Shown here piece by piece: positions 51,501 to 63,724 of a stretch of DNA of 64,000 nucleotides. This DNA is from Phoronis australis (Eukaryota > Animalia > Phoronida), in assembly GCA_002633005.1 (NCBI GenBank), contig NMRA01000288.1, positions 322,300-386,299 of the forward strand, given 5' to 3'. Below the pieces are notes generated by a model. It worked only from the letters and a program-made list of their open reading frames with translations, did not search any database and was not told the origin of the DNA. Position numbers and translations under genes: made by a program. Numbering within the stretch: the first letter of the stretch is position 1; every line of letters begins with the position of its first letter.

Positions 51501-52878
51501 CTCTGAAACAAAATAATGCCCTGTAACCATGGACAACCTTCAAAAGTTTGGAGGAAAATTTGAAAAGTCCTATAAAAGATTGCTTAATGGGCAAGCGTGA
51601 CCTACGCTTTTGGCGAATTACATGGCAACTGTGGGAAAAGACCACCCACCAAGGACCATAATGTCCAATCTGTGATACAGGGAGTACAAGTTTTTAGTTG
51701 ATTACCACCTTTAACCTGAAAATTGATGCCAATGATGCATTAGCAGGTGACAGAATGAGGATCGATTGAAATCATCAAAACAGGGTTTAGCATCTTTTTA
51801 ACAACTTTTGTAATATAAACACATTAATATCTGGGGACAAATCGCATACAAATTAGTTGCTAATTGAGATTAGGCCATCACAAAATGAGAAAAGTTAATA
51901 GTTCTGACTGGAAATACTCACATAAAACACAAAAAGGTGTCCACATTTCATGACCAGACATGACCGTTACAAAATCCGCGATGACTTACTTAGTGACATA
52001 CAGAGCCCAGAATCAGAGACTTATGGTAAAATCGCAACGAGGTCTTCAAATACTGTTGAGAACGCCCTCAATATAAAAAAATATTATTGGTTGGAAGCTA
52101 AGGTACAGGGTAAAACATTACTTTGCTGCAACATACGTTTTATGAGATAATTAAATTTCACCCGTCAACATAACTAACCACTTAGTTTCAAAGTTTCATT
52201 AAATTCACAGCAAAAGTTTCAGAAGTATAAATAAACCAAACAATTTACAACCAAACGTCTCATACATTTTAAAGTTAATGAATATTGGTATTTGTAACAA
52301 AATGATTGTTCATTCACCGGTTCTGGAGCAGGTTCAGGTTTCGGTGCCTCGGCAGGTTTCGGTTTGGGTTCAGGGGTCTCCTCAGCAGGTGGGACTGTGG
52401 CACCCATGCTGAAATGTGAAAAATTTACTTTTACATGACATTGGAGGATCCGATCTACATACCACTTTCATCTTATATATTTTTTGACAGGAGGTATGAC
52501 CAAGTGGCAAGCAAAATGCATCAAAACCGGTCTTACATGTGCAAACACGTACTCTGAAATGGGTTAGAAGAAAATTCTTCCAAAAAGCGTCAGTGCACCA
52601 TGAAGAAAAAACATTCACAAAAAATGAGTGCAATGTGTAAGGAAGCCAATATCTCATAAGGGAAGATTTGTGTTCTCAAAAGAGAATGCCGTTGGTTAGA
52701 CTGGACGTGTCGAATGGGAGACATTATTCATGTCAAGCACAAGTCACGCCAAGGTATACCTCTCGAGCCATTCCTTGAAGAACTGCAGCTCTGGTATGTG
52801 AAGCACACTTGGTTTAGCCTTACACAAACTGATGAACGACTTCAAAAGGTCAAGTTGCTGTTTCTCCATCCCACTCAT
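42583..52878 (-). CDS. ST13: Hsc70-interacting protein HIP (dimerisation domain, TPR, GGMP repeats, STI1/DP domain)
   Basis: Minus-strand exons 52760-52878 (MSGMEKQQLDLLKSFISLCKAKPSVLHIPELQFFKEWLES), 52318-52408, 50407-50455, 49163-49233, 48593-48855 (TPR: KRASVYIKLKKPNAAHRDCD..L.INPDSA), 46851-46953, 46416-46532, 45976-46012, 45379-45533 (GGMP), 44342-44510 (DPEV..AFQDI..NPANMAKYQNN), 43783-43880 and 42583-42591 (VD*). Total 1281 nt = 426 aa. An acceptor at 52906 implies an upstream non-coding exon. Confidence 0.95.
43063..43424. mobile_element. Chimeric MITE: family A half (43063-43327) fused to family B half (43330-43424)
   Basis: The left part is the reverse complement of about 3014-3283 and the right part matches about 32146-32241. 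The join is a T-run. Confidence 0.8.
47753..47987. mobile_element. Family A-related hAT-like MITE, 6-bp TSD
   Basis: CAAGGCTTGGAATGACCAATGACAAAAAA ... ATTCCAAGCCCTG with flanks TAGAAC / TAGAGC. Confidence 0.75.
49583..49880. mobile_element. hAT-like MITE (family C), 5-bp TSD
   Basis: CATAGGCGGATTTAGG ... CCTAGATCCGCCACTG flanked by GCAAA on both sides. Confidence 0.82.
51108..51270 (+). mobile_element. tRNA-derived SINE
   Basis: A box TGGCCTAGTGG and B-box-like TTCGAGTCCC. Same family as 29281-29390. Confidence 0.72.
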
Positions 52879-53869
52879 TTCGCAGGAATTTCAGTGAAGA
52901 ATATTCCTGAAAAAGAACACAGCCAGATCTTACATATTAATATTATTTGGTTCTCACAAGCAAGAAGTTTTCAATTTTTATGATTCTTCAAACCTATAAT
53001 AGTCATTTTTCATTGAGTTCTTGATGGTGTAGAAATTGTCAATAATGGGGTTACTCATCTTATGGAATTTTCCATGCTTTTTTATAAAACTTTTGTTTTT
53101 CATTTTCTATGAATTTTTCATGGAAATTATTTGTGCAAGTTTTTAGGCTTTCCATGAGCAGAATAACCTCAGAATGATCATGAAAACAAAATCTCTCTGT
53201 AATTATCATACACAATCCATAAAAACAAAACTGTGGCAATGTTTATAGATAGGTTTATAGATTCTGTCAATACAGTGGTTTGCAAGTTATGGTGTATTTC
53301 GCCGGATTGGTAAAGTCATGCACCAACATTCCTGCACAGATCCTAACCATCTCACTATATTGACAGCTCATGAGAGTTTATTGGCAATGGAAAAAACGTC
53401 CTTAAAAGCCCAGAGTCTTCTCCTACAAACCATAGAGCGAAAAGTTGTTGTACAGCCAAAAAAGGAATACCTGACCAGTGTACAATAGAACCAAGATATA
53501 TCCAAAATCATGGATACGCCGAAATCAAAACCAAGGTGGTGAAACACCAAGTAAAATGAGCCCGGATGCCAAAAAATTGTGAAGCTTCCTGTAAACTTTA
53601 AATAGAAGCCCTGCCTACAACAGCTTATTAGTTTAATGACCAATTAGTCTTGCTAAAATGACATGAACCAAAAAAATCCAGGATTCACAAGTTAAAGAGG
53701 AATGCAGAGTGCCCAGTTGTTCATCTAGTTTCCAAAAGTGAGACCTGGCAATTAATAGCAAAAGATAACTTTTACAAACAATTTCCTGAATTATTCCCTT
53801 TTAGATACGACACGGCAGCACTTTTACTGCTAATGCTACCATGAGTACCATGTAAACTGGTACTCGTCT

Positions 53870-54494
53870 CAAGACCGTGGAATGTTCTAGACTATCAGGT
53901 CCATTAGTATTAGACAGATTCCCCTTCTGTTAGTCTTGGCTAACAAGCTGGTTTTTGTCGCTCTAATTGACAAGAGAAAACTAATCTCACATTGACTTCA
54001 ACACGCATGCAGACCAGAAAACTGGTAGGCCTAAATAGCACATTTGTAGTAACAATTACATTCATAAGTCTAAGCCTGGAACCAACACAACAGCGTGTAC
54101 TTCTGACACCGTTGTTGTTTTACCGACACGAAAACAATGACATGACGATTGAAACAATTATTTGCAAACTTTATAAGGCAACGTTTTGATAAGGGTAACT
54201 AGTTACAAAAACTCATATGCATGCGTTAATCTGGACTGTGGAGAACAAAAAAGAACAAAACCTTTTCTTCTCACGACAGCATGAGGCGTGACGTCACACA
54301 ACAGGGCAGAACAAGGCCTCCCAAAAAAGTTTGCGAAAATTTATCGATCGATCATGTTGATTATTTTTGTAAATAAATCAAAACACTTCAAAACAGATAA
54401 TAATCAAATAATTAATTTCAAGAAATGAGGAATCATTTTTTAACATAAGATTTTTATTTCTATAAGGGGTACAAAAATCACGTGACTTGTCAAA
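53870..54494. promoter_or_regulatory. Probable bidirectional ST13/XPNPEP3 promoter region
   Basis: Lies between divergent genes. Contains palindromic CRE GTGACGTCAC (54288-54297), DRE-like TATCGAT (54342), E-box TCACGTGAC (54478-54486) just before the XPNPEP3 candidate ATG, and HSE-like GAAtgTTCtaGAc (53880-53892). Confidence 0.6.
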
Positions 54495-57400
54495 ATGTCT
54501 GCCCCCATGTGCAAGCTGCTGCGCAAGCAATTGGGTTTTCCAATTTTTCACCGAAAGAAAGGTAGTAAATGAATTAAAATATACCACATCGATTTAGGGT
54601 TATCATTTATAGCATTAGCTTTCATTTTGTCGATCGTTGGTCAAACAGAACTCGTCAAGAACAAGTCACATTGCCAGAGGCCTGGCCTTAGACTTAGTTT
54701 TGACTTCTGTTAATTCTTTCTCTCGATTCCTCGCAACCCCCTCTGGCTATGATTCTGCTTTTCAAAAGTTTAAAAACCTTTTTCTTTGATTTCAATGCCA
54801 AATGACAGTGTTTTCAAAATCAAAAATAGTTCAGGTATCAATCTGATCTGTTGTTAAGCGTTCCCTTTAAAGTTTTGTGCGCATGCACATTTGTCCCGCA
54901 GTCACAACTCTCATCACTCATGTCAACAACCACATTTGGTATGGTTCAAAGACTTACTAAAGCCATTCATCAATGGGTACCAGAAGTAACGAACTGCCAA
55001 TTTTTGACTTAATTTTTTGAGACAACTATGATCCTATCTTAACTTTTTACAAGGAATTCAATTTCAGAATGTGTTTGAAAAATCAATTTATTAGGGCATT
55101 TTCCTATTGACCCTAACTTTTCCGATCGGACATCAAATGAACGAAATAGCAGGTTGACTGGTGTATCAAGTATCTTAGACAATTAATTAACTTCACTGTG
55201 GTACTTATGGTTGGAGGGCCATGCAGCTCTCTTCAGTTCGATAATTGCTGTAAACCCAATAAGATCATATCTAGCCTGACTGGGCTGTGCTTTTAACAAT
55301 AAAAGATGACTGTTTGAACATAAACCAATAACATTTCTGAATTTATCGTCAAATACTGATTGTTCTTAGTTTTTGAATAACCAAAATCGCTCAACTACAA
55401 CGGAAGTGAAGAGAATCTATTCTGTCTGAACGCATTACAGTTTCAGTATCTCTTTTAAGCATGGTAGATAAATGACTATCCCAGAAAAAAGACTGCTCAG
55501 TATTTAACAAAAGAATCAGATGTTATCAAATGTTCAGAACCAGCATAAGTCTGGTAAAGTTATTGAACGGGAGAACACCCTAATGTAGTATACTGGTAAT
55601 TAGTACATAAAGTCTGGTCTCCATTGCTGTCAATGTGTTTGAGGTCATACAGAAACCTACAGAGGGTTATGTGGAGGTCAACCATCTGCCAGTCAAGTCG
55701 AGGGCAAGCAGCACAGACGGGAGACCTGCTTAAGCACTTAGCAGCCCTCTGGCACTATTTATTGTCTTAAGTCGGTTGCCTATATTAGTGGACATTAGTA
55801 TTGCCATAAATACTACAATAGTACAGAATACCTCCTTTTGGTAGAGATACAGAAGGAAAAACCTAAGTATCAATTTTACAGTATTTTGTTGCCTCCCTGA
55901 AAATATGACAAAATATCTTTCATCTTGGTAAGGGCAATTCCGCAGTAATTTTGACTTACATGCATAGTTGGGTATGAAGGTGGGCAATTTCATTGCCACG
56001 GCTTCCACAAAATGAAGGGGCGATGTTCCTTATTTGAGAATGTTTCCACTGATTTACTTTATGATGGAAAATATATTTGTATCTAAACGTTTCAGGAAAC
56101 AATTTTTGGTGAATGAATAGATTACTAAAGCACTGCCAAAGCGTATGATAAGTTGCCTTTTGGTGTTTTGTCCCCAGTAAATCAGGACAAGTTACCATGG
56201 AGTAATTCCAAACCCAGCGTACGTCTGTATGGTAGGACCAACTAGTACTGAGCGTCAATGAGTAACAAACACTGTAGTCTGCACTTTAACAACAACCTCG
56301 TTTTCATTTCAGTTTTCCTCCAACAGTTGTTTGCACTATGCCAGTCTGCTCCACAGGCATTGGCAACAGACTTGGACATTCCCGAGAGGAGTCTAGGCCA
56401 GCCATCGTGCCACACACATCCTAACTTAATCAGATCAGGGGAGGTAACTCCAAACATCACTAAGGAGGAGTTTCATTTACGGAGAACAAAACTAATGAAA
56501 AGTATACAAAAGGCAACTCAGGGTAGTCACATGGTCATCGTCCCTTCAGCAGAAACAATAGAGATGTCCCCCGATGTCCCATATTTTTTTCGACAAGACA
56601 CCGACTTCTTATACCTTTGCGGGTTTCAAGAATCAGGAAGTGCTTTGGTACTAGAGTCTACAAGACAGGAGCTAAATGGGAGTCATGTGTCATCCCTGTT
56701 TGTAGAAGAACGCAACCCGCAAAAAGAATTGTGGGCGGGATCAAGGGCTGGAACTAAGGACGTTATTAAGCTCACCGGTGTAGACAAGGGTCAAAATGTC
56801 CGTGAAACACTCATGTCTGTCAACAGGTTTCTGGAACAAAATCCCGACGCGATGTTGTGGTACAAGCCTGCTATGATTGGTCACCGTTTTCACGGAGAGT
56901 TGCAAAATTCCATCTCAAAGGAATGCATATCTTTCAAACACCTCATTCATGCCTTACGCGTCATTAAGTCACCCAGGGAAATTGAACTTATGCAGACGTC
57001 CTGTGAAATAGCAGCAGAAGCTCTAAAAGAAGTGATGAAGTTTTCTCATTCAGGGGTAATTTCTTAAATTTTAGTTACTTGGCAAAGAATGACTGTATGA
57101 TTTTACCTTTTACTTCTTTTTTGGTAAGGGTTTTTTGCAGTGTCCTCGCTTGTTGGGAACCAGTTTTCTTCATTCAACAATGGCGTCAAACTGGTTCTCA
57201 AACTTGGGGGTGCCTGTAAATGATTATTGCCCGTAAGTTGAGCTGTAATCTGACCATGAGATTAATATTAGCTGAACGGATCAGGAATCTGTTGGATCAA
57301 TGGCCGTATTCCGCATCAGAGACTTTTGTAGTCTTCAAGTAAGTCATGTGTGCAGTGTGTGTATCTATAAAAGGTAGTTCTCACATGCAAATTTGGATCA

Positions 57401-60400
57401 CAGTCAATCAAGTTTTTGCTAATTGGAATGATTTGTCCTTGTAAAAATGCATTGCCATAAGAAGAAGTCATGTGGTTCTAACCATCTTAGTTGTGACTGG
57501 GTGTCAGCCTGCTGGGTGTACAACCTTTGGTAAAATTGGCTCCCAGTATTTTCCTGCTTTCCATTTACTTGATGATCACTGTCCCATTTACTAGTATTCC
57601 ATCCAGGTTTAAGCCACTAAGTCTTGCTAATACCTTAGCTTATTTATTGTTACTCCCTAGAGAAATGAGACAGGACAAAGCTCTAAAACATTGCTCAGGC
57701 AATTGTGACAACATTTATTAAAATAATTATTATTGATAATATTATATTTATTATTACTTCGATACTGCTACTGCTGTAACTATTAAGTGCCATTAATGAT
57801 ACTAGTTATTACTTTTACTGTTATCGTTGTTTTATTATCAGGTCAATGAACATCATTTGTTTGCCAAGATGGACTATGAATGTCGAGTGAATGGAGCAGA
57901 GTTCCTGGCTTACCCACCAGTTGTTGCAGGTAAGATGCGTGGTTCGGTGTGCATGTAACAGTTATTACCCANAGGCGTTGTTTCGCAGGGACCTTCATCA
58001 GTTCAGCGTACAAATCCCTTTCGTAACCGGAGGGCAGAAAGTGCTTGCCACACACACGGTAATTCTCCACTGCTTTGTACGTTGCGTGGATGGGTAACGC
58101 TGCGTTCTTCACACGAACGAGCCAAGTACGGCGAATGTGAGTCATCCATCGGAAAGCGATGCAAAGGTACTCCCAAAGCACGCATGAGCCGATAATTAGT
58201 ACATTCCGGTACGCAGCAACAGTGTGGCATGTTGACTGACTAGTAAATGAAAGCAAACGACGACGGAACTTAACACAACAGAGGTAGAACAATGACTGAC
58301 TCGGCAGCTCTCACAGTCAGACTATATGAAAAGAAATTGGCGCGAAATGCTTGCCTCCTAAAACGTCACTTCCGCAGTAGCGGACAAGTAATCAATAAAA
58401 TTATGAAAAGCTGTAATTAAGTGGAAAATATGTCTAGGATAACCAACCCACCTTATTTTAGCTCAAAATGACATGGAAAAAGGTTACCTTCGCCTTTAAG
58501 CCACTATGTCTTGCTAACACCTTAGCTTATTTATTGTTACTCCCTAGAGAAAGAAGACGGGACAAACCTCTAAAACATTGCTCAGGCAATAGTGACAACA
58601 TTTATTAAAATTATTATTATTGATAATATTATATTTATTATTACTTTTACTTCTATACTGCTACTACTAATGATACTAGTTATTACTTTTATCGTTGTTT
58701 TATTATCAGGTCAATGAACATCATTTGTTTGCCAAGATGGACTATGAATGTCGAGTGAATGGAGCAGAGTTCCTGGCTTACCCACCTGTTGTTGCAGGTA
58801 AGATGCGTGGTTCGGTGTGCATGTAACAGTTTTTAATGACATTTTTGATGTTCATGGGTCTTTGTAGTGAATTTTTGTCAGTGCTTGTTAGGTTCAAACA
58901 AATTGTTACATCTTGTTAAGGGCTATGTAAGTTTTTTATCAACGAAAAAGTGGCAGAATCTAAGTATCTACTGACATTAGTATATTTTTGCTACCTGTCT
59001 ACAAAATGTTATGCTGTGTGACTGAAAAATGAACCCACAGAAATTTTAATTTCTAAACTTCGTAAAACTTTAACTTCAGTGTATTGATGATCTTTCAGTA
59101 AAATTCTAATCATACAGGTCAGTTTGCGTTGAAAAAATTTGTGTTTTGGGTACCCTTTGTGATTTCTTTTTCTGTCATAAGTGAGCTTTATAATGTTTGA
59201 AGACCTAGTTAAGACTTATGGTGAGAAAAGTGCATAACGGCATTTTATGAAGACTTGCATGGTCGGGCTTTTCTCACAAGGAATTTGATCTGCAGAACGG
59301 AACCCTTGAAGTTATATCACTTTGGACTTATCTATTTGGCCAAGTGATATAGTTTTACTTAATAAAATTTTCTATTACAGGTGGCAACAGAGCATGTACT
59401 ATCCACTATATCAGTAATAACCAGGTTGTCAAGGAAGGTGAACTTGTGTTGATGGATGCTGGGTGTGAATACCATGGTTATGCCAGTGATATCACACGTA
59501 CATTTCCGGTCTCAGGTGACACGTCTGTTTTTCACGTGAAAATTTTGATACACAGTGTTGATTTTAGCCGCAGTGTAATGAAATGATGGCTGCCACCGAA
59601 ATTAAATATCAAAATACAACAGGTGCACTTCATAATAATTATGTTCAACACGTGCAATATTACCCAAATTTTGTCTGTAGTGCTTACATGCATAGTCTTT
59701 ATTTACTTATTGTCCAGATATTTTTATGCATTATTTCAATATCAGGGACCGTAATTGTTTGATGAGGTTTAAGACAATTGTTTGTTTCAAGTCATTTTTG
59801 AAGACGGAATATTGATATTAATTTCTTCTTTGTGTACTATATTAATTATAACCAGTTTGAGCTTAAATTGTGATCCCATTGTGTAAGATAATGCTTGTAT
59901 TGTAATGTCTACTGTCAACTGCTGTAACAACAAGTACGAAACAATTTTTTGGTCAGGCTAGAAAATGAAATGTAATTACTTTTTTTGCAGGGAAATTTTC
60001 AAAATCTCAGAGGGAGCTGTATCAGGCTGTACTGCGCATTCAAGTGGCTTGCATCAACTTGTGTACAGTGGGGAACACACTAGAGTCATTATTCAAGAGT
60101 ATGGTAGAGTTTCTGGTTGAAGAAATCAAACTATTGAACTTAATACCACCCCAAACAGACAAATCTGACACGGTTAGTCCAAGTTCAGAAAATTAAAGCT
60201 TTGAAAGACTGTTGATCATCCTTGTGTTTTAATAGCAAATTTGATCAATTTTGGTGATTCTGTGCCTGTCAGAAAACCACCTTTAAAACCATTTTTGCAA
60301 GCTGCGTTGTTTTGCTTTGAGCTGAAAACATTGTTCATTAGATGAGAGGTACATCTTGAGTTCAGGATTAACCTAGGACTTCATGAAATACAGTGACAAA

Positions 60401-61920
60401 AGTAACCACACAAAATTATCTGGGATTCTTAAGTGTCATGTCAGTTGACCTGAAGTGAAATTCCTTGTTGTGATGGCCAAGAGCAAAGAGGATTCACGGC
60501 CATATTGTGTTGAGTCCTGGTGAGTGCCATCATCACCAGGAAGTTGAAGTATGAAGTGTTACTTTTTACTCGTACTCTGTCATAAATTTTCCAAGTGGGA
60601 GACATGCATTATTTTTGTCATAAATGATGAACGGTAATTTCTTCGCAGTGCAAAACCATTTATAAAACTCATCACACATTTCATTGCTTACTTTTGCATT
60701 CAATTTTGAATTCATTTAAAAGAAACTTGAGATCTAGTCAGATGACAACACTAGTTGGTTTATGCTCTCACTGATGTATGGCTACTTATTATATTAATGA
60801 CAGATGCTGAATTTTCTCGCTCGTCAGCTGTGCCCCCATCACGTCAGTCACTATCTGGGTATGGATGTGCATGACACAGAGTCTGTGTCCAGGAATCGTC
60901 CACTGGAGCCAGGGATGGTCATCACAGTAGAACCTGGTTAGTGCAAATTTATTTTTGCGAAATACAAGCTCTTTCAGTGGGCATGATGCAAGTTCATCTT
61001 TTTGACAAAATGTAAATATAATGAAAGCAAGACATCGGAATATTTCATCTAATACAATTTTCCACAGTACAGTTTGCTTTTACTCTTAAAGAAGAAATTG
61101 GTCCTTCAGTCTATGTTAAGATGAAAGTCATTATGATTTTGGCCTATTGACTGCCAAAGGGGCTTCACCTTACCATTACTTTGATAGTGATGTTGATTTT
61201 GTCATCAACACATTTGAGAGCTGACCTTTCGTTGAAAGGAAACCATGGAATTTTGGAAGCCAGGGTTTCTGGTTCATCCGCTACAAAACTCTTGGCTTTT
61301 GATGTTGGTTGCTACTTTTTGTGACCTGAATGCAAATTATTTTTTGATGTAGCATGTCAAGGCTAGAGACTAATTAACATACTTTATAATTAACATTTTA
61401 CACAGCAAGTGCATTTTATTTTTTATGCTGTAGACCGGCTTCAATTTAATTTTTCAATCAGATGCTTGTTAAATATTTATAAGCTTTTCAGAGTGATACT
61501 GTTTTAAAATGAATACTCTAGAGACTGGAAGCAAAATCAGGTAAGTTGGACATGCATAGGAATTTTGCTTTGGTACGGTTCTAGTTTATGCACTTAAGCC
61601 TCCAGAAGTCAGGTGTTGGCTATGACTTGTACAAGCTTACTGCGTATGATGATTGTCCAGTTTTGAGAGGTCAAAGATTTCTGTTTCATAAAGTTGACTC
61701 TGGGTGTCGAAGATTCTGTTTCCATTTTTGAACATTCCTAGGTATTTACATACGAGAAGATGACAACAGATTCCCTGAAGAGTATAGAGGAATAGGTATA
61801 CGAATTGAAGACGACATACTAATCACGGAAACGGGGCCTGTTGTGTTGTCCAAAAACTGTCCTAAAGAAGTTGAAGAAATTGAGGAGCTTGCCTCACATC
61901 AGTCTGGAAAAAGTCAATGA
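54495..61920 (+). CDS. XPNPEP3: Xaa-Pro aminopeptidase 3 (mitochondrial intermediate cleaving peptidase Icp55 orthologue, M24B)
   Basis: Exons 54495-54561 ([22 protein letters not shown], presequence-like candidate), 56313-57055 ([19 protein letters not shown]...[15 protein letters not shown]...[13 protein letters not shown]), 57842-57929 or its duplicate 58710-58797 (LAYPPVVAG), 59381-59515 ([20 protein letters not shown]), 59991-60172, 60804-60936 ([14 protein letters not shown]...ITVEPG) and 61742-61920 (GIGIRIEDD). Total 1527 nt = 508 aa, with all metal-ligand motifs present. Confidence 0.95.
57609..58831. repeat. About 350-bp segment including one XPNPEP3 exon present twice (57609-57963 and 58496-58831)
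   Basis: Near-identical copies with a few SNPs/indels and one synonymous exon difference (CCA/CCT), separated by a single n and the transposon end. Confidence 0.9.
57973..58495 (-). mobile_element. 5' end of a Kolobok-type DNA transposon encoding a frameshifted THAP domain
   Basis: The minus strand begins TTAA|AGGCGAAGGTAACC. ATG at 58230 reads [12 protein letters not shown]...LHRFP, then after a frameshift near 58140 RRTWLVRV...YRVCGKHF...[13 protein letters not shown] (C2CH THAP signature). Cut off by the n at 57972. Confidence 0.8.
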
Positions 61921-61971
61921 TTAAGGTCAATTTGACTTGTGTCTGCTAGTTTTAGTGAACAAATATTATGA

Positions 61972-62323
61972 CAAGGCTCGATTTGGCAAACTGCAGGTCA
62001 ACAATACAACTGTGATAAAAATCCCAGGTCGCCATGGAATCCTCATGCCACATACGAGTGTAGGATATTAAGCTTGAGAGTTGGAATTGGTTGAAAGTGG
62101 TCATCACTGAGCATGCAAGACACCAGTAATTTTCCATTTGAGCAAATAAAAACACCGTCCAGGCTATCTTGTGTATGCTGGCAATTATTTTCAGTGTTCG
62201 CCAGCTTTTCGTTTTGTGTTACATTTTCAGCTCTTTAAAACAATGAGGTTTGGCAACTTAGTTTCTGTTTGGCGACCTGGGAGTTTTGCCTGGTTGCATT
62301 TGGCGAGTTGATGTTGAACCCTG
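61972..62323. mobile_element. Old hAT-like MITE with 5-bp TSD in the XPNPEP3 3' region
   Basis: CAAGGCTCGA ... TTGAACCCTG flanked by TATGA on both sides, with internal inverted pair CCCAGGTCGCCA / TGGCGACCTGGG. Confidence 0.65.
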
Positions 62324-63672
62324 TATGATAGTAAAACTGGTGGTCTCCTCGGCAACAACAGAATATTTGAAATTAATGAAAGGAACAACAACTCAGTGTG
62401 GTCTGCTTTGTTTCCATTATTTGCAACAAGATAATCAGCCTTTGAAAAATAGACAATGACAACTTGTTAGTCAATTATTTTTGTGCAAAACAGATGGACA
62501 ATTACTGTACATATTATGCATACCTGTTGCCAAAGAACAATACACAAGTCGAATAACTGGGAAATTTTGTGTTTGTTGTCTAAACATGGCCAATTGGAAA
62601 AAAATGTGATATGGGTTTACACAAAGTGATAAAGGAACATGGCAGGGAAAATGAATCAGATACAAAATAAACAAATATTGTAGTCTTAAGCTTTGATGTC
62701 ATTTTACTTCCATAGTTCAAAACCATTCAGAACACTTTGGATATTTCTCTTTGGAGGTATTTCAGAGTTGAACATGTAGGAACATCAGTCATATGACAGT
62801 TTGTGCGACTTTCGAAACAGAGAATGATTGAGCATAGGACTGAAAGCTGCGCAGTTGCAGGTGTGAAACTCATTAGATGGGAAATATGAAGCTACAGAAA
62901 ATACCTAAAGTGTCCTAAATTAGTTGAAAAGTACTTGAGCTTGAAAATCGTTTTTAGATTATAGACTACCTGTCTACCTTTGTTTCCAAAGATCAAATTT
63001 CTTAATTTTTACTTTTGCTTTAGAGTGTTAATGGTAGACTCATAAAACACACATTTTTAAAATCCTTGATGATCACAGAATCTTATGTGCATGAAAACAA
63101 CGCAATGCTCAGATGTCCGTATTTTTTTCACACTACATGCATTTCAATAGTATAGATAAATACAAAAGATATTACTGACCGAGTGTCTGCTCTTCTTTTT
63201 CAAATGATTTTTCACGAAGATTGTCCAGTTTCTGCACTCATAAATTTTTCTGCATGAAATTTTCAAATTATCTTTTCTTTATTCTATTATATACAAAAGC
63301 TATAAGTCTGGAATCTTCTTTTATTAGGTCTTCTCTCCCCAGAACTCAGTTGTCAAACGTCAACATTCCTTGAAATAATGTAATATTTGTTTTCTGAAAT
63401 GCTCTGAACATAACAGAATAAAGAATCGGAATTTGGCTGCTTCACGCGAAAAATTCGTTAAACTTTGTGGAAATGGTGTTCTCGGAGGAAAACCGAGATT
63501 GATTAGAAAAAAACAGTCACAAGATTACATACACGGGGACATTAATTTTGTGTATGCAAGATTCAGCGATAATCGGGGATTTTAAATATTATGTAGTTTT
63601 GCAGATTCATCATACTTTTAATGAGAAAGTTGAACCTTGTCAAGAAAGATCGTCTATTGCCTTGATGTCGTA

Positions 63673-63680
63673 GTGTGTGT

Positions 63681-63722
<42 letters not shown>
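63673..63722. repeat. (GT)n microsatellite
   Basis: About 25 GT units with one interruption. Confidence 0.98.

Positions 63723-63724
<2 letters not shown>

Noticed and set aside
55461-55553. Alternative XPNPEP3 first exon (ATG 55520 or 55530, donor CTG|GTAAAG)
   Set aside because: Phase-compatible but lacks presequence character and promoter motifs. Exon 54495-54561 fits better. Not excluded as a minor isoform.
57973-58230. THAP exon as the missing N-terminus of THAP4
   Set aside because: It is 29 kb downstream, on the opposite strand, frameshifted, and bounded by a transposon terminus.
57842-58797. Tandem or mutually exclusive exon duplication in XPNPEP3
   Set aside because: The copies encode identical peptides, the flanking introns are nearly identical, and they meet at a single n. 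Using both 88-nt exons would frameshift. Best explained as two haplotypes.
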